The notes: generated from the letters alone by a model not told the origin. Shown: positions 12,901-23,919, numbered from the whole stretch's first letter. The stretch is DNA of 63,190 bases, filler included, from 10 parts of 10 records of this genome joined end to end with filler, not necessarily neighbours in it, one strand, 5' to 3'. Numbers and translations are program-made.

Positions 12901-15828
12901 TGGAGGTATCTGGGGCACAGTCCTCGACAGGAAATGCTGTCAAGCTGATTGGTGGAGGGCTTGGAGCTGGCAAAAAGTACTACACTGACCAGGCATTTAC
13001 CATCAAGGCCACTCCAGTTCTCGGAGGAGCGACTACAATCGCGACTGCAGATGCCGACAAGACCGCTGACTGGACACTGCAGTTTACTGTAAACCAATTA
13101 GTGCATCTTTGGGTCCTTGTAGACAGCGCTACTCTAGCAGCCAATAAGGGCACGCCTGCCTGGCTCAAGGGCACATTCAAGCGAACATCGCATGAGATTC
13201 CAGTCACAGGGCGTGGCCAGGCTGCCAAGTTTGTGGTGTTCCAGTCCAAGCACCAACACAAGGGCGATATCAGCATTGGTCCAGCACCAGCGCAGACCCA
13301 GTCTGGGGCCAACCACATTGTGGCTATCACCCGGGCTGCGTGTGACCCAGTAGTGCCATACCGGAAGGGCTCGGCCAAGCTAATGAATAAGATGCGATAC
13401 ACCGAGCTCGAGGACCAGCTGCGGCAAGGGAAGGCTGTGTGTGGCGAGGGATACCACGTATGCAACTTCCAAGAAGTGACCATTCATGGAGTGATTCACA
13501 GAGAAACTCTGGCAGGCGGAAGAGGCTGGATTGTAGGTGGATTTCCCAACTCTGATAGCAACCGGCGGGCCATCTGGAGTGGCCAAGACAGCACCCAGTG
13601 CCGACAGTCTCAAGCGCCTCGCTGGTGGGGCAAGTGGGGACCATATACTGGTCGAGTGCACTGCACGAATAAGAACCACAGGGACCGAGTGGCGTGCTGC
13701 TCAGATGCCCCCGCCCGAGTAGAGGCAGCGGTTAGATTGCAATATCCCAAAGTGCCGTACACGAGCCTCAAGGCGATGTTGGACCGTGACTGGCAGCATG
13801 GCAATTGTGGGACTGGCTGGCATGTGTGTAATTACGCAGAGGCCTCTATCTACGGCGCCATGCTGGGTCACACATTCAAGGGTGAGCAGCATGCTTGGAT
13901 TGTAGGGGGCGTGGGCACCTCCGAGAAGCCAAGCCGGTCTGTGTGGAACGACCAGTCCTCGGGCTTTTGCCGATCAGGCCGCTATCCAGCCTGGTGGTCG
14001 AAGTTTGAGAACTATCATGGAGCGGTGCATTGCTTTGACGGATCCTCAGTCCAGTTCCCTACTGCTTGCTGCAAGGACAGGAGACAGCTGCCTGCGAGTA
14101 GGCACGCTCATTTGGTCAAGAAGGTAGGCCGGCTGCGGTACAATGAGTTGGAGCATCTGCTCAACAAAGACTGGAAGGGCGCTCGAGCCTGTGGACCAGA
14201 CTGGCATGTGTGCAATTACCAGGAGGCGGTTGCCTATGGCAGCTACATGCACGCGAGCTTGGGCGAGTCAGCTTGGCTGGTGGGTGGATTCTCCAACTGG
14301 GCTCCTCACAGACGTTCTCTTTGGAATGGCCAAGACTCGACCCAATGTGATCACAAGAGGGCCCCGCTATGGCACGCTGGCAAGTGGGGGCCATACTTTG
14401 GCCAAGTTCGCTGCGGGTTGGCCAGCGATAAAGCGCCAGTGGCCTGTTGCCGGAATGCCGGGTTTCCAAGTAAGAGCATTGGGGAGAGCAACATTGCCAA
14501 ATATGCACAAGTCACCACTTCAAGTACACTACGAGCTGATGGGGCTGAAAAATTGGTAGACGGCGAGACCGAATTCAGTGCTGAGGGTAGCTGGTCCGTC
14601 TCGCAGCCAGTGGGCCAGTATGCTGTGTTCGACTTTGGTGCGCCTGTGGAGATTGTAAACATCATAGTCTACAACCACCACGACATCAGTGGCACAGATG
14701 TCAAGAGCCTTACTGTGCAAACCTCGAACGATGGAGTTGCTTGGCAAACTCTCAAAGCAGACCTGCCGCTGTTAGACAGTGGTGGCAGCTCGCCTAATCC
14801 AGGGCAGCCACTGTACCTGCTCGAGACAGCCAGGTTTTGGCGGGTTGAAATCACAGCCGTGTTCGATTCGACCCAGGGCAGTAGCGGACTATCAGAAGTG
14901 CAGCTATTACAGCAAGGCAGAAGCACCGCGCTCGACTTGTTTGCAAAACATTCGGGGCATGGGTTGCTACCGGAAGTATACTCAACTTTGACTGAGCAAG
15001 GCCCACTGCAGTGCAGCGATCACTGTGCAATAGATGCCACTTGCAAGGCATTCAATTATAAGGCCTCAAGCCGCGAGTGTGGCCTGGCTGCTAAGAACCG
15101 AAACGGCGGTGCTGGCTATGCTGCAAATGCTGAGTATGACTACTATGAGAAGATAGTGGACGTGCATAGTTCTGGGTACTGCGAGTTTGATATGAGTGAC
15201 TACCGGGGTATGGAGAGTGTGACCAAATCAGGCACGAGCTGCCAGCGGTGGACTGTGCAGCTGCCTCATCGACACAGCTTCACTCCGGAGCGCTACCCTG
15301 GGCGTGGACTTGGAGAACACAACTATTGTCGCAATCCAAACCAGGATCCGAAGGGTGCCTGGTGTTACACCACCTCGACGACAAACCGGCAGGAGTATTG
15401 TGAAATTGCCAGGGATACCGAATGCCCAGTGACGTACTCGGCCAATATCAAGGGGAATGGAGGCAACGGGAAGCGGACCCCTGAGCTACAGATACACTCA
15501 GAGACTGGTGGGGTCAATGCACGACTCGAATCTCGCCACTGCAGTACGCCACATGAGGTTTACCTGGAGTTGCGTACCCAGAGGCACAGTCAAAGTTGGG
15601 GGATAGGCATGAACGATGACCTCAACCTGTGGATATGCTATGGTCGCTTGGGCACAATGAACAAAGATAAGTGTGCATTGCGAATAGAGCCATCAGGTAC
15701 GGTCCACATCCTAGGATACTCGGCATTTATGGCCAACACCCAACTTTTGGCACGCGAGGAACTTGCTGAAGCACAGACAGAGCCACTCCTGATGCTGCAG
15801 GAGACATGCACAGTGACAGTGTGTGGCT
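3924..15828 (+). CDS. Giant secreted mosaic protein (>3960 aa, 3' truncated): coiled coils, FN2-like, tenascin-type EGF, PAN/apple, LamG, F5/8 discoidin, Myxococcus Cys-rich repeat, kringle and unnamed repeats
   Basis: Single stop-free frame. Signal peptide MARPRTGLVVVVAVGLWLLATSSG; CALPF..TFEECT..RPWC (FN2); CSGHGSC and CNGKGQCD (EGF); TLEVWLRP..HLVATFD..LYRNG (LamG); CGDG..ESCDDGN..DGDGCS (Cys-rich repeat); YRG..CQRW..NYCRNP..WCYT (kringle). Confidence 0.9.
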
Positions 15829-15928
15829 NNNNNNNNNNNNNNNNNNNNNNNNNNNNNNNNNNNNNNNNNNNNTTAATTAATTAANNNNNNNNNNNNNNNN
15901 NNNNNNNNNNNNNNNNNNNNNNNNNNNN

Positions 15929-17231
15929 GGCTGCGCCGGGCCCAGCTGCGCTCGGCTTGCGAGTCCGGTGCTGCTGGTGCGCTCGGAGGTGGGTACAGAG
16001 AGCAGCGTGTGGCGAGGGGGGCTGGCGGCCTGGCTGCTCCGGTGGGTGGGCCACCACGAGGCTGTACTCAACTCAGTCGACTGCTTCGCCGAGCGCATGC
16101 AGCTGACAATCTACCTATACGACCAGGAGCTCAGCGCACACTCGGCCTACAGCGCCGCGCGGGCTCAGCCGTTCGTGCTCACGCTGGTCGCTGGCCTGCT
16201 GCAGGTGGCCGGCGGCCGAGCTGGCCGTGAGCCGTTGGGCAGATCGTGCTGAGCTACCTCACCTGCCTGGTGCTCAGTTTGACTGTACAGATCTATATCT
16301 GGGCAGCGACGGGATATGCAGGTGCCTCCCCCCCAGCGAAAGGACTTGATTTATGTCTATCGCAGTGCCTTCAATCTGCTGGGTCCTGACTCAGGCCTCG
16401 CACCTGGCCGCGGCGCCCCGCTGCCAGCTCGTCCTGGCCAACTTGTACGGGGAAGAGTGGTTTACACCAGGGTTTTGGTGTGTCACTGTCTTGTGCATCC
16501 CTCTGCTGTTTGGTCCGCCCGTCACCCGGCTGCTGGCTCACCGTTGGGCCAGCCTACACAGCGCCGCTGGTGTGCACCGCGCTAGGCGCCTGGTACTCCA
16601 CCACCGTCTGGTGAGCTATCCGGGCTATTGGGCGCTGACCATGGCCAGGGCCGCATTCTGGGCCAGCCTGCTGTCGGAGCTCGCCCTGCACTTTGGGGCT
16701 CGCCGGATGGCTTCGGTTCAGCTGCTGGCCAACGGCACGCCGCTGATGATGATGACCTATACGGTCTACATCAGCACGTTCTTCTATAACGGGTACAACT
16801 GGCTGGCTGGCTGGCTGCTCATCCTCTCGATCTTGATGCTTTGGCTAGTCGTTGGGTTACACCTCGAAGGCGCCGCCCCAGAGCCGGAGATGCCAGCCGG
16901 TCCGGTGGTCACCAAGCGGTCGGTGGAGGTCCCGGCGCTGTACAATCTGACCGGGCCGCCCCCGATCTGGTCGGTGCTGCACTCTTGGGACCCAGAGCAG
17001 TGGCTTGTGCGGGACCAGGACAGGTGCTGGCTGGTGGTGCCGGGGCACCCGCCGGACCCGCCGGCTGTGGAGGCGGATGAAGAGGGCGAGGAGTCCAGCG
17101 AGGAGGCGGATGGTGACGCGGATAGTGACGGCGAGGCTGAGCCCGAGGCCGGTGTGAGTGTACCGTTGCAGTCCAATGTTAGTTCGGTCGCAGAGGAGGG
17201 CCATGTGTCTAATGTGTCATCAGCTTCATGA
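15929..17231 (+). CDS. Membralin (TMEM259)-like multipass membrane protein, 5' truncated, with introns
   Basis: LLRWVGHHEAVLNSV and ELALHFGARRMASVQLL..YTVYISTFFYNGYNWLA..LHLEG resemble the conserved membralin blocks; acidic C-terminal tail. Confidence 0.5.
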
Positions 17232-17679
17232 CACGCGAGTCGTATTTGTAACGTTGCGGCTCTTTAGATTCACGTGATACTTGGTTATTCATACATGCAT
17301 CGGTTGATTTAATTAGCCTTAATTAAGGTTCCTTGCAACATTGCACCAATACATTGCAACGGTGCTCGTAGAGTACGAATAGTGTAAGCAAGTACATGAT
17401 TGTGTTGCAGCTACAGTCAGCTCTCTCTCTCCCTCTGTGTGAGACTCTATCTCGTGTGAGCACATTCTACAGACCGGTCTATACTCAGTTGGTTGAGGCT
17501 CAGTCGAGCTTCTCGAGCCTTATCGTGGATTCCACCAGTGTTATCAGTCCACCGAGTGTTATCAGTGACGGTACCTGACGCCTTGTCGGCCCGCAGCTAG
17601 GTGTGGGGTGATCCAGAACATTGGAAGCGCCTCCCACTGCCCGACAAGCACCCCCATCCCCTCTCCCGGCCGACGCGCA

Positions 17680-18027
17680 TCAGGAGCCCTCACGCCCGCG
17701 GGCCTGGTCCAGCGTGCGCTGCAGCATCGCCTTGTTCCTCCGAGCCAGTGCATCCGCCCCCCCGGTTCCGGGTTTGTCGGCCAGCCCCTGCCCCCCGCTG
17801 GCCGCCCGCCGGCCCGGGCCGCTCACCAGGTCCTCCGGGCTGCGCAGCGTGGCCTTGCTCAGCCAGTAGCCCATAGCCAGCGCCGAGCCCATGTAGGCGC
17901 AGTTGACCAGCGCCCGGCCGACCGGGGACCGGATCACCAGCGCCTTCCTGAGCGGCGAGTCCGGGTTGTGCACCGCCTGCTTGATGCTGTTGTTGAACAC
18001 CAGCTCGTGCAGCCAGCCGCGCGTCAT
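17680..18027 (-). CDS. Small hypothetical single-TM protein
   Basis: ATG-initiated ORF with coding-like codon use and one hydrophobic segment. It lies divergent to the MLO gene; an intron after EDL is probable. Confidence 0.45.
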   Translation of the reverse strand: MTRGWLHELVFNNSIKQAVHNPDSPLRKALVIRSPVGRALVNCAYMGSALAMGYWLSKATLRSPEDLVSGPGRRAASGGQGLADKPGTGGADALARRNKAMLQRTLDQARGREGS

Positions 18028-18121
18028 CAGCTCTCAGCCTGCTGACCCAGAATGCCGTTGCTCAATAAGATCACACTTTTCTCAGCAAAGGGCGGCCGCC
18101 CTGGGTGAGGCGGCCGGCGGC

Positions 18122-20489
18122 ATGTGGCTGGGGCGGACGGTGATGTGGCTGGCGTTGGGCCTGCTCATCCTCGGGCCGCCTTCCGCCGCCCGCGACGTCA
18201 TCGTGCCGGAGGGGGGCGAGCACGACCTCCTGGGGCTGATGCAGGTCGGGGCGGAGCCGGCCGAGGAGTCTTGGAATTGCGGGAGCAAGGACAAGGCGTG
18301 CCTGGACCAGATCGGGGCTTACATGCTCATCATCACCTTCCTGGTGCTCATGACCATCCTGTTCGAGCTCTGCAAGGAGTTCATTGTGGAGCTCGTGGCC
18401 GGCACGCCCAGCCAGAGCATCGTCGAGGGGATCTTCTCAGAGCTGACCGTTCTTGGGTTCCTGGCGGTCATCTGCTTCCTCTGGAAGAAGGCCGGCACCT
18501 CCGGTCTTAGCAAAGCCATCTACGGCAGCTCCCCGGCGGAGAACGGCGAGCGGTTTGGGGATGATCTAGAGGTGCGCATGCGGCTGGGGGGCGGCGCGAG
18601 CGGCGGGCAGGACGTGCACATGGTGATCTTCGTTGTGATGGTGGTGTTCCTGATCCAGGCGCTCGGGATCATCGGGATGATGTGGTACTACAAGAGGGTG
18701 CGCCCACCCGTCGGCCGCAAGCTGAATCCGGGGCCAGCAATTCAACCGATGGGAAGCCGAAACTCTCGGGCACGAGGGCCGGCTCCAGGTCTACGCGGCG
18801 TACCACCGGGCGGTCGAGGAGCGCCCGTGCTGCTGGTATAACCCGATGGCGTACCTCAAGTTCCGAGACCTCGAGAATCAAGTCATGTTCTCTTTGGTCC
18901 GGCAGGAGTTTATCAAGCCGCGAGCCGAGATCCAGTCCAGCTCCGAGTTTAAGAAACACCGGCGTAACTTCGACTTCGGGGCGTACATCGAGGCGGTGCG
19001 GGCCGGGGGTGGGCCAGGGATGACGCGTACTGCAGGTGTTGGCAGAGAACATGCGGAGTATCATTGAGGTAGGGGTGCTTACGTGGCTCATTGTTCTCGG
19101 ACTGACCGGACTATTCTGTGGAATCGTGGCGGCCGAGGGCGGCGACAAGGACTTTATATATTCAGCGTGGATAGTCAGCGGATGGGTGCTGGTGTTCACT
19201 ACGTGGTACTGTTACAAGTTCAGTCTGCCGCACAGTACGCTCCCCTCCCCCACACCGGGCTCTGACCGTTGGTGCTCAGTTTACAAAAGCTTCGTGCCGG
19301 TTCAGATGGGCCAGCACTATGTGGAGCACCACGCCAAGAAAGCCGACCGCGGCGCGACCCGGCACTGCCCTACCGAGGAGGCGTCTCTAGTCCAGCGGTT
19401 CTCGCTCCCTCCGTTCCTGGAGGCACACTCCAGCGAGCTTGTGGACTGGTTCGAAGGAAATTCCAAATTGAGCGAACCTTACACAAAAATAGTCAAGGTG
19501 GCATCGTCGCTTGAGCATGAACTGACCAGCAACCGTATGTGCAGAGTGCTCAGCTCGACGTGCTCGGCTTTTCGACCAAGAGACGAGCAGTCGCGTTCTA
19601 CATAGAGGTGTTCAGGGCTACGATGCTGACGAGCGCAGTGCTGCTCTCGGTGTTTGTTTGCGAGCTGTGTCAATATGTGTACAAGGAGCATCACGACGCG
19701 CTGGCGACCCTATTCTCAGTGCTGGCAATCCTGCCGCCGTGCATCATTTTCTTTGGCTTTCTAGGGCATAGCATGGTCACCGTGACCATCGTCACTTCGA
19801 TTGAAGGGCTCAAAGACACCAAGAAACTAGCGCTGATTACACGGCGGCAGAAGGAGAGGAGGGCGATCCGCATCCTGCAGTTAGTCACCCAGATGCGAAG
19901 CCTCGCTTCCAGCCGCGGAGCTGAGCAGACGGAGCTGCGCAAGAAGATAACTAAGGATGCGGATGCGGCGTTTCAGGAAGTGGATGAGACGCTGCAGGAC
20001 ACCTCTCTGGATAACCTATTGATAGAAGACATGGGTAATCTTTTTGACCGCCTCGACATCTCGATGGACGGTGCACTGACAGCCGACGAGGTGGCCGCCT
20101 TCCTGACATCCATGTTCAGCGGCAAGCACGGGACTGCGGATGCGCTCGATGTGAGTCAGCTGTTTGAGTCGCTATGTATAGACTTGGAGAAAGACGACAG
20201 GATCCAGAAGCAGGAGTTTATGGTCTGGGTGAGGACTGCCCAAAAGTACTCCGGTGAGCAGGACCTTGAGGCGTTCGCGCACCTGCTCTTCCGGCTGATC
20301 GATACCGACCACAATGAGAGGATAGACATAGACGAGTTTAGCGCGATGTTTGTGGACAAGGTGCTGATGCTGACCGGTGATTCGTTTACTTCGACGGAGA
20401 TGGCGGCTCTTGTGTCAGAGGTGGACGAGGATGGCGACCACGAGCTCGGACTTGAGGAGTTTTTAGTTTGGGTCAAAAAGAACTACTGA
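18122..20489 (+). CDS. MLO-family membrane protein with C-terminal EF-hands; at least 5 introns
   Basis: ELTVLGFLAVICF, D|VHMVIFVVMV and NFDFGAYIEA|VLAENMRSIIEVGVLTW are MLO motifs. DISMDGALTADE, DTDHNERIDIDE and DEDGDHELGLEE are EF-hand loops. First intron 18572-18610. Confidence 0.8.
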
Positions 20490-20639
20490 TTAGCCTGGGA
20501 TGGTATGGAACTTACGAATAAATAGCAAGGAGCTTGTACGGAGCTCAAGCGCAGACCGGTAGCAAACCGGCAGCCTCATGCTCAATCAATCAATCAATGT
20601 TTAATAAAACTAAATAGACGCTAGCTTGATCTAGGTTTA

Positions 20640-21353
20640 TCATTGTCCCACACTTGATTGGCTTACGTTGTCCATGCTCGAATCGCTCAGGAAGTGTCTC
20701 GCATTGAGTTTGAACAAGCCCCACCCGAGCACAAACGCGATTGCGAAAGTCAGGACATAACCGCCCAGCACTACAAACGGAAACGCAGCGACCGGCACCT
20801 GCAAGACAGCGCTGAGGAGCACAGATGCAGCGACAGCGTGGGGCTCGGCACCTGGTCGTACAGATTCACGTCGAACACCCCCCGTACAAAGAGAGCAAAC
20901 AGGAAGTACATCACCGCGCAATAATACTGCGACGGAGCTCGCGGGGAGCAGGGAGGCGGGCGGTCACCGGCTGGGTGGAGAGTTCAACCTTCCAGTTCCA
21001 GTGGCCATCCAGTGACCAAAACACCGGGAAGAGCAGCCGGGCGGCCACCGCGATCGCCCCCAGCACCACGCTGACCCAGGCGTCCACGAACAATGCGTGC
21101 AGCCACAGGGTGAGTGTGAAGGGCGTCATCTGTTCCAGGGCGTTGAGGAAGGTGCGGTCGGTCATGGTGGCCAGCTCGGCCTCGGCTGGGTCGCTGGAGC
21201 CCCGGAACCGCTTGCCCTGCAGCTGGTGGACCATGAACGCGTAGTACACCACAAAATAACAAACAGTGACCACCATCACCCCGCCCAGGCCGTCGGTGGT
21301 CGGCAGCAGCGCCTGCCATCGGGCTGGCGCCCAGCACAGCCGGCCGGCACCAT
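20640..21353 (-). CDS. MAPEG-superfamily membrane protein; 3 introns
   Basis: DRTFLNALEQMTPF..LWLHA..ARLLFP is the MAPEG R-x3-N-x2-E motif. The first coding exon is only the ATG (21351-21353), followed by a GT-AG intron. Confidence 0.75.
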
Positions 21354-21398
21354 AAAGACCGCCCTGAGCCGGTGAGTAACGCTAACGGCTGATCGCCC

Positions 21399-22049
21399 AT
21401 GGTCGGAGAAGGTGGCCAGGGCTCGCCCGGGCGGCTGCTCTGCCTGCACGGGTTTGGCGAGACGGCCCAGTCATTCAGGCGCCGGCTGGCCCCGCTGGCG
21501 GCAGCGCTGGCCCCAGTCGAGCTGTTTGTGCCCGATCACAGCACGCCGTGGTGGCGGGCGAGCAGCCTGTGCTGTCCGAGCTACGTCGGCTGGGCCGAAT
21601 CAGTTGAGTTTTTGCGGGAGCTGGTCGCGGCCAGCGGGCCGTTCGACGGTGTGCTCGGTTATAGTCAGGGGGGCTGCCTGGCCGGGATGCTCTGTGCGTT
21701 GGACCCGCAAATGTTTAGGTTCGCGGTGATATGCTGCGGCTTCCGGTCGCGGGACGGCCAGCACAGCGAGCTGTACAGCCGGAGGATCCGGACGCCCTCG
21801 CTCCATCTGATCGGAGAGGGTGACTTCTGCCTGCTGCGGTGGATGGCAACTGGGCTGGCCCGGGATTGCTTTGAGCAGCCCGAGCTGATCCGACACCCCG
21901 GCGGCCACGACCTGCCGGATGATCTGGGCCAGACGGCCCGGTTCGTGATGCGGAGGCTGGATGAGCCTGGTCCGACTGCGGTGATAGAGCCGAGCGGCCG
22001 GTCCGACGAGTACGATGCGCCGCTGGTCGCAAACGATAAATCTAGCTGA
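21399..22049 (+). CDS. FSH1/OVCA2-family serine hydrolase
   Basis: LCLHGF, GPFDGVLGYSQG (nucleophile Ser), PSLHLIGEGD, HPGGH. Confidence 0.88.
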   Translation: MVGEGGQGSPGRLLCLHGFGETAQSFRRRLAPLAAALAPVELFVPDHSTPWWRASSLCCPSYVGWAESVEFLRELVAASGPFDGVLGYSQGGCLAGMLCALDPQMFRFAVICCGFRSRDGQHSELYSRRIRTPSLHLIGEGDFCLLRWMATGLARDCFEQPELIRHPGGHDLPDDLGQTARFVMRRLDEPGPTAVIEPSGRSDEYDAPLVANDKSS

Positions 22050-22248
22050 CCTTAATACGAGTAATTAATACTTAGTCGTACTCGTATCGGTGCTCGAATA
22101 TTCAGTGCGTTTCATGTTGCTCGAGCAGCCGGCTCCGAGTCGGGAAGAGTCGCATAGCTTTACCATGAGATTTCAAAGTGGTGCCGTTGTTTCGAGTCAA
22201 CAGCGCGCAACTAATTCCTTCATAGACTACAGTTAGTCATACAGTTAG

Positions 22249-23688
22249 TCAAGCGACAGCACACAAACTCTCAAACCCCTTGCACGCCTTCTTCTCCTTT
22301 GCCGGCTCCTGGGTGAGTATTTGCGCGAGCTCGTCGGCCTTTACGCATCTGGCGGCACCGGAGGCGTTGTAGCACATCCCATCCACTCCCGGCTGCTCCT
22401 TGCAATGGTCAAGCAAAGGGTTGGCGGTGGCATTGCTGCAAGCCGGCGGTAGGTTGCGGCCGCCGCACTGCCCGCCGAGCAGAGGCACGGCCGGTTGACC
22501 ATCGCATAAGGACGCAGTGCTGTTGTCGGCCCTACATCCACTCCCCTGCCCCGACATCGCAGAATAGGTATTCCCTGCAACTGTGAGCGGGCCGCACCAC
22601 TTGGTGTTCCCTGGGTCCGGGAAGTCGCCCAGAAAGCTAAGAAAGTTGCGCGCCCCTTCGCAGTGGTTCTCAATCCATTGAATGCCGCTACCGCCAGCAT
22701 AGGTTGCAAAGCACGCGTGCGAATAGCAGTTCTTCGCAGCGTCGCTGCAGTCGCAGTTGGGGAAATCCCGGGGTGCCAAGGCGGAAGCGCTGCTCATGCC
22801 GGGGTACTGGCGCGGCCACCTCCCAACATTGTGTCGCAGCACGATGTTCATTTGGCAATTATCAGGGTCGGCCTTGGCTTCCGTGGACACTGGCCAGAGG
22901 CCGTAAGGATCATCACCAGTGAAGCTCATCTCACAATCTTCTATGAGCACGTTGTGGTGCCCCCCGTGAAAGTTTATGCCGTCCGCCCAAGTACCCCAGC
23001 TCACAATTCCTCTTAGAGTTATGTTTCTTGAGCCCGTGGCCCGGTCAGGCCCCCATGGCGACGTGTGAGGAAACCACCCAGCGCTGGAGCTCAGCGGCCA
23101 CCACTCGCCATCGCCGCCCACATATGGCCGGACGTGAACATGCTCTGCTGTGGCGTTTTCGACCCCGGCGCAGTACCTAGCCCCCTCCGGGATGCACTGG
23201 CCGCCGCCATCGGTGCAGTCGCCTGTGGAGAGGCAGCCGGGCGTCTGTATGGCCGCGTCGAAGCCGCCACGGCTCGCCTGCAGACCCTGCCAGGTAAAGT
23301 GCCCGAGGTAGCTGTGGTTCCCGAGGATGAAACCGCGCCGCCCGCTCGACGGCGCGCCGCACGCCACGATCGTGGTATGATTGATCCCGCGTCCCACGAG
23401 ACGGGCTCCCTCGGGCATCGCCACGGAGCGGTCGTGGTAATAGGTCTTGGCCTCCAGCTGCCGAAGGCTCCAGGGCTGCAGGCTGCAGATCTCCGGACTG
23501 CACCGCTGAGAAGCGGTGAAGCCCTCGCACACGTCGACCAGACCCGGTATCGGAGGAGGGGCGGACCGGCTCGCAGTGACGAGGCAGGCGAGTAAAGCAG
23601 CGAGCAATGCCCGATGCTCTGCGATGGGTCGTCGCAGTGGAGAAGAAGCGGGGGAAGCGGTGCGAGCCGCACGAGCTTCGGACAACAT
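22249..23688 (-). CDS. Secreted parallel beta-helix (pectin-lyase fold) protein, GH87/alpha-1,3-glucanase-like
   Basis: WADGINFHGGHHNVLIEDCEMSFTGDDPYGLW resembles the GH87 ADGIN..TGDD motif. Hydrophobic signal-like stretch; Cys-rich; start codon uncertain. Confidence 0.55.
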   Translation of the reverse strand: MLSEARAARTASPASSPLRRPIAEHRALLAALLACLVTASRSAPPPIPGLVDVCEGFTASQRCSPEICSLQPWSLRQLEAKTYYHDRSVAMPEGARLVGRGINHTTIVACGAPSSGRRGFILGNHSYLGHFTWQGLQASRGGFDAAIQTPGCLSTGDCTDGGGQCIPEGARYCAGVENATAEHVHVRPYVGGDGEWWPLSSSAGWFPHTSPWGPDRATGSRNITLRGIVSWGTWADGINFHGGHHNVLIEDCEMSFTGDDPYGLWPVSTEAKADPDNCQMNIVLRHNVGRWPRQYPGMSSASALAPRDFPNCDCSDAAKNCYSHACFATYAGGSGIQWIENHCEGARNFLSFLGDFPDPGNTKWCGPLTVAGNTYSAMSGQGSGCRADNSTASLCDGQPAVPLLGGQCGGRNLPPACSNATANPLLDHCKEQPGVDGMCYNASGAARCVKADELAQILTQEPAKEKKACKGFESLCAVA

Positions 23689-23761
23689 GCACGACGGGAT
23701 GCTCGGCAGGCTCCCCGACACAGCGAATGCCGTTTATCGATAATTGCCGTTATCCATCGAG

Positions 23762-23819
23762 ATGTTGATGGGGCGGCTGCTCCCGCTGATGGCCGTGGCG
23801 CTGCTGGCTGGGCTAGCGG
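23762..23819 (+). CDS. 5' stub (signal peptide) of a gene cut by the contig end
   Basis: MLMGRLLPLMAVALLAGLA. Confidence 0.45.
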
Positions 23820-23919
23820 NNNNNNNNNNNNNNNNNNNNNNNNNNNNNNNNNNNNNNNNNNNNTTAATTAATTAANNNNNNNNNNNNNNNNNNNNNNNNN
23901 NNNNNNNNNNNNNNNNNNN

